From assembly GCA_036149055.1 (NCBI GenBank), contig JAYZQJ010000158.1, positions 1 through 50,457 of the forward strand: a stretch of DNA of 50,457 nucleotides, given 5' to 3'. Shown one piece after another: positions 46,486-50,457 of this stretch. Position 1 is the first letter of the stretch. The number at the start of each line of letters is the position of its first letter. The translations under genes and the position numbers were made by a program. The notes beneath the pieces are model-generated. The model worked only from the letters and a program-made list of their open reading frames with translations. It had not been told where the DNA came from and did no database searches. The stretch comes from Myxococcota bacterium. GTDB lineage: Bacteria; Myxococcota_A; Polyangia; Polyangiales; Sandaracinaceae.

Positions 46486-47891
46486 TAGAACATACCGGTG
46501 ACGTTGACCTGAAGCTGCAGGCGGACCTGCTCGTCGACGCGGAAGTTCTGCCCGGGAAGATCGATCGCCGGCCGGTGGTGCGGGTTGATGACGCCGCGAC
46601 GGCAGGTCCCGACCCGGGGATCGTTCGGATCCTGCGCCTCGAAGTTCGGGTTGCAGGCGTCCGCGTAGGTGATGACGTAGGGCGCGACGTACCAGAGGTC
46701 CGCCTCGAGCTGGAAGCGCACGAAGCGCGCGGCCCGCATCTCGATGCCCAGGTGCGCGCCCAGCTCGGCGTGGGGCGCCATGTCGGTGAGACCGAAGAAC
46801 GGCACCTGCCGGAGGTCGGCGCCGCCGCCCGCCTCGCCCTCGAGGTTGGGCTCGCGCAGGTAGGGGCTGTTCGAGGTGCCGAAGGCGTCGAAGAGCGGCG
46901 AGTAGCCGTGCCCCTCGGACACGTACTTGCCCATCACCCGCACGTCGATCGCGAAGCGCTGGAACTGGGCCCGGTTCTCCCAGGGGATGATCGCCATGCC
47001 GCCGGTGAACTGGCCGATCATCGGCGGGCGCTCGTTGACGATGCCGTTGAGGCTGCCCGCCGGCAGGAAGAAGCGCTCCGCGTTGGCCGGCCACTCCACC
47101 TGGAAGAGGAGCCCGGCGAACGGCTCGACGTAGCGGGTGCGCCAGCTCGAGCGGGTCTCGATGCGCAGCGCGTTGGTGCCGCGGGTCTCCCCCGCGTCGG
47201 TGCCGGTGCCCGGGGTCCAGTCGCCGCCGCTCTCCGTCCACACCCGGCACTGGGCGCCGCCGTTGACCTGGCAGGCGGTGAGCGGGTCGCCGAGGTTGAA
47301 GCGGCCCTCGATCATCAGGATCCAGGTGGGCAGCTCGCGCTCGCGGTGGTGGTTGAAGATGGACCAGGCGAGGCCCGCGCCGACGTAGTCCAGGCCCGAG
47401 CGGGTCGGGGACTGGAAGGGCACGCTGAAGAGCGGGTCCGCCGGCATGTCCAGGTAGGACGCGCTGAGGAACTGGTCGTTGCCGTGCGAAGCCAGCCGGC
47501 GGTCGTCGCTGAGGATGAGCGGCAGGCGCCCGTACACCGCGAGGTCCCGGAAGATGCCGATGTCCAGGCCGAGATCGAGGATGTTCCGGGTGTGGGTGTG
47601 GTGAGCGACGTCCACCCAGTTCTGGCTCGCGCGGTTCGGGTCGCGGCCCGCCATGCCGGCGGCGGCGTTGCCCTCGCGCTGGATGTTCCCGTACGTGTAC
47701 TCGTGCCGGTATCCGACGGTGACGTTGATGTCGAACGGGTCCTCGTCGTCGAACGCGTCCACCACGTCGGTGTACGAGTGCGGCTCGTTCATCAGGCGCA
47801 GATCGCCGTCTTCCTGCGCGGCCACGTGACGCGGCGCGCCGAAACAGAGCAAGCAGACGAAGCCCGCGAGGGCGAAGGAGACCCTGCGCAT
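46485..47891 (-). CDS. Probable outer-membrane beta-barrel protein
   Basis: Signal peptide, DVVDAFDDEDPFD motif, amphipathic strands and C-terminal Phe (VNVTGMF). Confidence 0.7.
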   Translation of the reverse strand: MRRVSFALAGFVCLLCFGAPRHVAAQEDGDLRLMNEPHSYTDVVDAFDDEDPFDINVTVGYRHEYTYGNIQREGNAAAGMAGRDPNRASQNWVDVAHHTHTRNILDLGLDIGIFRDLAVYGRLPLILSDDRRLASHGNDQFLSASYLDMPADPLFSVPFQSPTRSGLDYVGAGLAWSIFNHHRERELPTWILMIEGRFNLGDPLTACQVNGGAQCRVWTESGGDWTPGTGTDAGETRGTNALRIETRSSWRTRYVEPFAGLLFQVEWPANAERFFLPAGSLNGIVNERPPMIGQFTGGMAIIPWENRAQFQRFAIDVRVMGKYVSEGHGYSPLFDAFGTSNSPYLREPNLEGEAGGGADLRQVPFFGLTDMAPHAELGAHLGIEMRAARFVRFQLEADLWYVAPYVITYADACNPNFEAQDPNDPRVGTCRRGVINPHHRPAIDLPGQNFRVDEQVRLQLQVNVTGMF

Positions 47892-47898
47892 CGGCGCG

Positions 47899-47928
47899 AG
47901 AATACGCGTCGCCCGAATTGCCGGTCAA
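47899..47928 (-). promoter_or_regulatory. Sigma70-type promoter, leaderless
   Basis: TTGACC-N18-TATTCT, 7 nt before ATG 47891. Confidence 0.6.
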
Positions 47929-47929
47929 G

Positions 47930-48946
47930 CTAAGGACCGAGCAGACCGACCACGCGATCGCGCCGCTCGTCGATCGGATCCTCGGCCGGCGCGTTCCCGG
48001 TGGCCACTAGCCGGAGGTGCAGCGCCCGGGTGCGCTCCCACCGGGCGGTCGCGAGCCGCCGCAGCCGATAGAGGGCCCGGGAGTGCTCGACCAGCTCGCG
48101 CTGCAGGCGGCGCCCCTCGTCGACGTTCTTCTGCCGCACCGCCTCGCGGTGGGTCGTGGTCAGCTCGCGCCCCCGCCGGGTCTCGGTCTCGAGCCAGCGG
48201 AGGGCCTGATCGAGCCGATCCACCTCGTTCGACAGATCGCGGGTGAGGCGATCGCGGGCCGGGGGCTCGGGATCGCCCGAGGCCAGGGTCCGCGCCGCCT
48301 CCCGCGCCGCCGTCAGCCGGCCGGGGCCCTCGGTCGGCTCGGCGAGCCTCCCGGTCACCGCCACCGCGTGCCCGCCGCCGAGCTCCAGGGCCCGCAGCCG
48401 CCGCCGGTTGTCGGCCTCGCCGACGCTGATCGCCGCCATGCCCCCGAGCACCGACACCCAGGCGGCGCCGCTCGGGAACAGCGCGAGGTAGACCTCGCCC
48501 GCGCCCCCGATCTCGATGGTGGTCGCCGCGCTCGCGATCCGGAGCGGAGGCCGGGGCGCGTTGCCGCTCGGCGGCTGGACGGCGAAGAGCGCGCCCTGGA
48601 GGAGCAGGAGCTGGGCGCCGCCGTCGTCGGTCACCCGGGCGAGCGAGCCGCCGTCGAGCTCCACCCGGCCGCCGTCCCGGAGCTGGAGCACCGCGCGGCC
48701 GCCCTCGGGCACCTCGATCGGCTGCTCGGGCTCCACGTCCATCTCCCCGCGGGTGGCCGCGCCGCCGATCGTCACCCCGCCCTCGGTGCGAAGGAGCCGG
48801 GCCGGGGCCGGATCGCCGTGCCCCTCCCCGTGCCCGTCGACGTCGTGCGCGTGACGGCGCGGCGGCGGCGTGGGGTCCACGGACGCGACCTCGCCGTCGT
48901 CCCCGCAGGCCGCGAGCAGCAACGCGAGCGCCAGGGCGGCCCGCAT
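47930..48946 (-). CDS. Lipoprotein with FecR-like beta domain and C-terminal coiled coil
   Basis: Lipobox LAA-C, His-rich patch, VPEGGRAVLQLRDGGRVELDGGS (FecR-like) and helical C-terminus. Confidence 0.65.
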   Translation of the reverse strand: MRAALALALLLAACGDDGEVASVDPTPPPRRHAHDVDGHGEGHGDPAPARLLRTEGGVTIGGAATRGEMDVEPEQPIEVPEGGRAVLQLRDGGRVELDGGSLARVTDDGGAQLLLLQGALFAVQPPSGNAPRPPLRIASAATTIEIGGAGEVYLALFPSGAAWVSVLGGMAAISVGEADNRRRLRALELGGGHAVAVTGRLAEPTEGPGRLTAAREAARTLASGDPEPPARDRLTRDLSNEVDRLDQALRWLETETRRGRELTTTHREAVRQKNVDEGRRLQRELVEHSRALYRLRRLATARWERTRALHLRLVATGNAPAEDPIDERRDRVVGLLGP

Positions 48947-48949
48947 GGG

Positions 48950-50251
48950 CTACCCGTCGGCGAGGAGCGCGTTGGTGAGATCCTCGCCCTTCTTCTCGGT
49001 CGCCTCGCCGAGCCGCGCGTTGGTGGTGCGCAGCCGCTCGGTCAGCACGCCGAGGAAGCTCCAGAGGAGCTTGACGGCGATCGCGTGGTCCTTGCGGATG
49101 ATGTCGAAGAACTCGCGGCGCCGGATGACGAGCATCTTGGTCTTCTCGTCGGCGCTGACGCTCGCGCTCCGCGGCGCCTTGTCGACCAGCGCCATCTCGC
49201 CGAGGTGCTGGCCCGGGCCGAGCCGGACGAGCACCGCCTCGCCGGAGTGCACGCGCACCTGGCCGGTGAGCACGATGAAGAGCTCGTCGCCCTCGTCGCC
49301 CTCCTCGACGATCACCTGGTCCGGGTCGTAGGTGCGGACCTCGGTGATGTTCAGCACCCGCACCAGCTCCTGGTAGGTCAGGTGCCGGAACAGCGGCATC
49401 TTGTGGAGGACCTCGAGCTTGAGGTTCACCTCCCGCGCCAGCCGGTCCACGCCGCTCTCGGCGTCCGGGACCTTGATGACGATCGCGGTGATGTTGTCCT
49501 TGCCGCCGCGCTCGTTCGCCAGGTCGATGAAGCGCTGGGAGAGCGTCTCCTCGGGCGTCTCGGCGAAGAGCCGCGAGAGCTCCGCCTCCTCGAGGTACCC
49601 GGTCAGCCCGTCGGACGCGAGCAGGAAGCGGTCGCCCTTGAGCACGTCGAAGTCGAGGGTGTCGACCTCCACCGACTCGTAGACGCCCACCGCGCGGGTC
49701 ACGGCGTTCTTGTACTGGAGCTTCTCGATCTGCTCGCGGCTCAGCCGGCCGCGCTTGAGCAGCTCGTTGATCAGCGAGTGGTCCTCGGTGAGCTGGTGCA
49801 CCGCGCTCTGGCGGTAGAGGTAGACCCGCGAGTCGCCGACGTGGGCGATGAAGCCGCGGCTCCCGATGAGGAGGAGCGCGTCGATGGTCGTGCCCATGCC
49901 GCGCTTCGACTCGTCCTTCTGGCCCTCCTCGAAGACGGCGGAGCAGGCCTGCTGCACCGCGGACTCGAGGAGCCGGAGGATGTCGTGCCGGCCGATGCCG
50001 CCGTGCCCCGCCTCGAACTCGTGGAGCATGTCGCGGCTCTGCGCGAGCACGTCCCGCACGGTCCGCGCGGCCACCTGGCTGGCGACCTCGCCCGCCGCGT
50101 GGCCGCCCATTCCGTCGGCGACGATGAAGAGATTCAGCTTCTTGTCGACCAGGAAGCTGTCCTCGTTGTGGTCGCGCACCCGGCCCACGTCGGTGAGCGG
50201 CCAGAAGGCGATCCGCTCCGCCGGCTCGGCGGCGCTCTCGGCCTGAGACAT
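48950..50251 (-). CDS. PP2C Ser/Thr phosphatase fused to a cyclic-nucleotide-binding domain
   Basis: TDVGRVRDHNED, VADGMGGHAAGEVAS, HVGDSR, SDGL and GGKDNIT; then cNMP GEMALVDKAPRSASV. Confidence 0.92.
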   Translation of the reverse strand: MSQAESAAEPAERIAFWPLTDVGRVRDHNEDSFLVDKKLNLFIVADGMGGHAAGEVASQVAARTVRDVLAQSRDMLHEFEAGHGGIGRHDILRLLESAVQQACSAVFEEGQKDESKRGMGTTIDALLLIGSRGFIAHVGDSRVYLYRQSAVHQLTEDHSLINELLKRGRLSREQIEKLQYKNAVTRAVGVYESVEVDTLDFDVLKGDRFLLASDGLTGYLEEAELSRLFAETPEETLSQRFIDLANERGGKDNITAIVIKVPDAESGVDRLAREVNLKLEVLHKMPLFRHLTYQELVRVLNITEVRTYDPDQVIVEEGDEGDELFIVLTGQVRVHSGEAVLVRLGPGQHLGEMALVDKAPRSASVSADEKTKMLVIRRREFFDIIRKDHAIAVKLLWSFLGVLTERLRTTNARLGEATEKKGEDLTNALLADG

Positions 50252-50320
50252 GGGGGAGAAATATCCTGCGGCGACGCGCCCCGTCAACGCGCCCGCGCCC
50301 ATTGAACCCCCAGGGCGCCT

Positions 50321-50437
50321 TCCAGCAGCGCGCGGCGAAAATGACTGCGCGCGCCTCGCCGGCGGGACGCCGCGCCCAGCGCGCCAGTCGCTCCTCCGAA
50401 ATGCTGAAGCATTTCGTCGTCGGCCCGCCGCGCTGGA
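50321..50437. repeat. Small MITE-like palindromic element
   Basis: Imperfect terminal inverted repeat TCCAGC(AGC)GCGCGGCG / CGCCGCGCTGGA with an internal palindrome CGAAATGCT-GA-AGCATTTCG (50397-50416). Confidence 0.4.
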
Positions 50438-50457
50438 CGCGACGTCGCGCTCGCCGA

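Overview
Very GC-rich chromosomal segment. The gene content (MYXO-CTERM tail, tandem DsbA, PP2C-cNMP, IgGFc/IPT lipoproteins, RpoH-like sigma) points to a myxobacterium, probably Polyangiales-like; this is an inference. The core is a type II secretion operon (gspC-D-E-F-[uncleavable G-like]-G-H-I-J-K-L-M-N, 24638-39090) behind an orphan sigma54 enhancer-binding response regulator. Around it lie many secreted or lipoprotein genes, an ECF sigma/anti-sigma module, a beta-barrel plus pentaheme cytochrome pair, fabH, a radical SAM gene, rsmI and an RpoH-family sigma. Best signals read from the DNA: (1) a 35-bp promoter-like motif shared (30/35 identical) between the ECF sigma gene and the barrel-cytochrome operon; (2) GACA-N3-TGTC boxes on both sides of the sigma54 activator, each set about 120-185 bp from a similar sigma54 promoter, one serving the T2SS and one serving an uncalled 59-aa divergent small protein; (3) several families of periodic, partly palindromic intergenic repeats (6, 8, 21 and about 107 bp periods), including a GTAG-REP-like dispersed element; (4) a frameshifted glutaredoxin, a split and internally deleted DUF4132-like gene, a long insertion in the GspE metal loop, and several apparently leaderless genes. 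No rRNA, tRNA, CRISPR array or transposase was recognised. Family calls come from motif recognition by eye, not from database searches.
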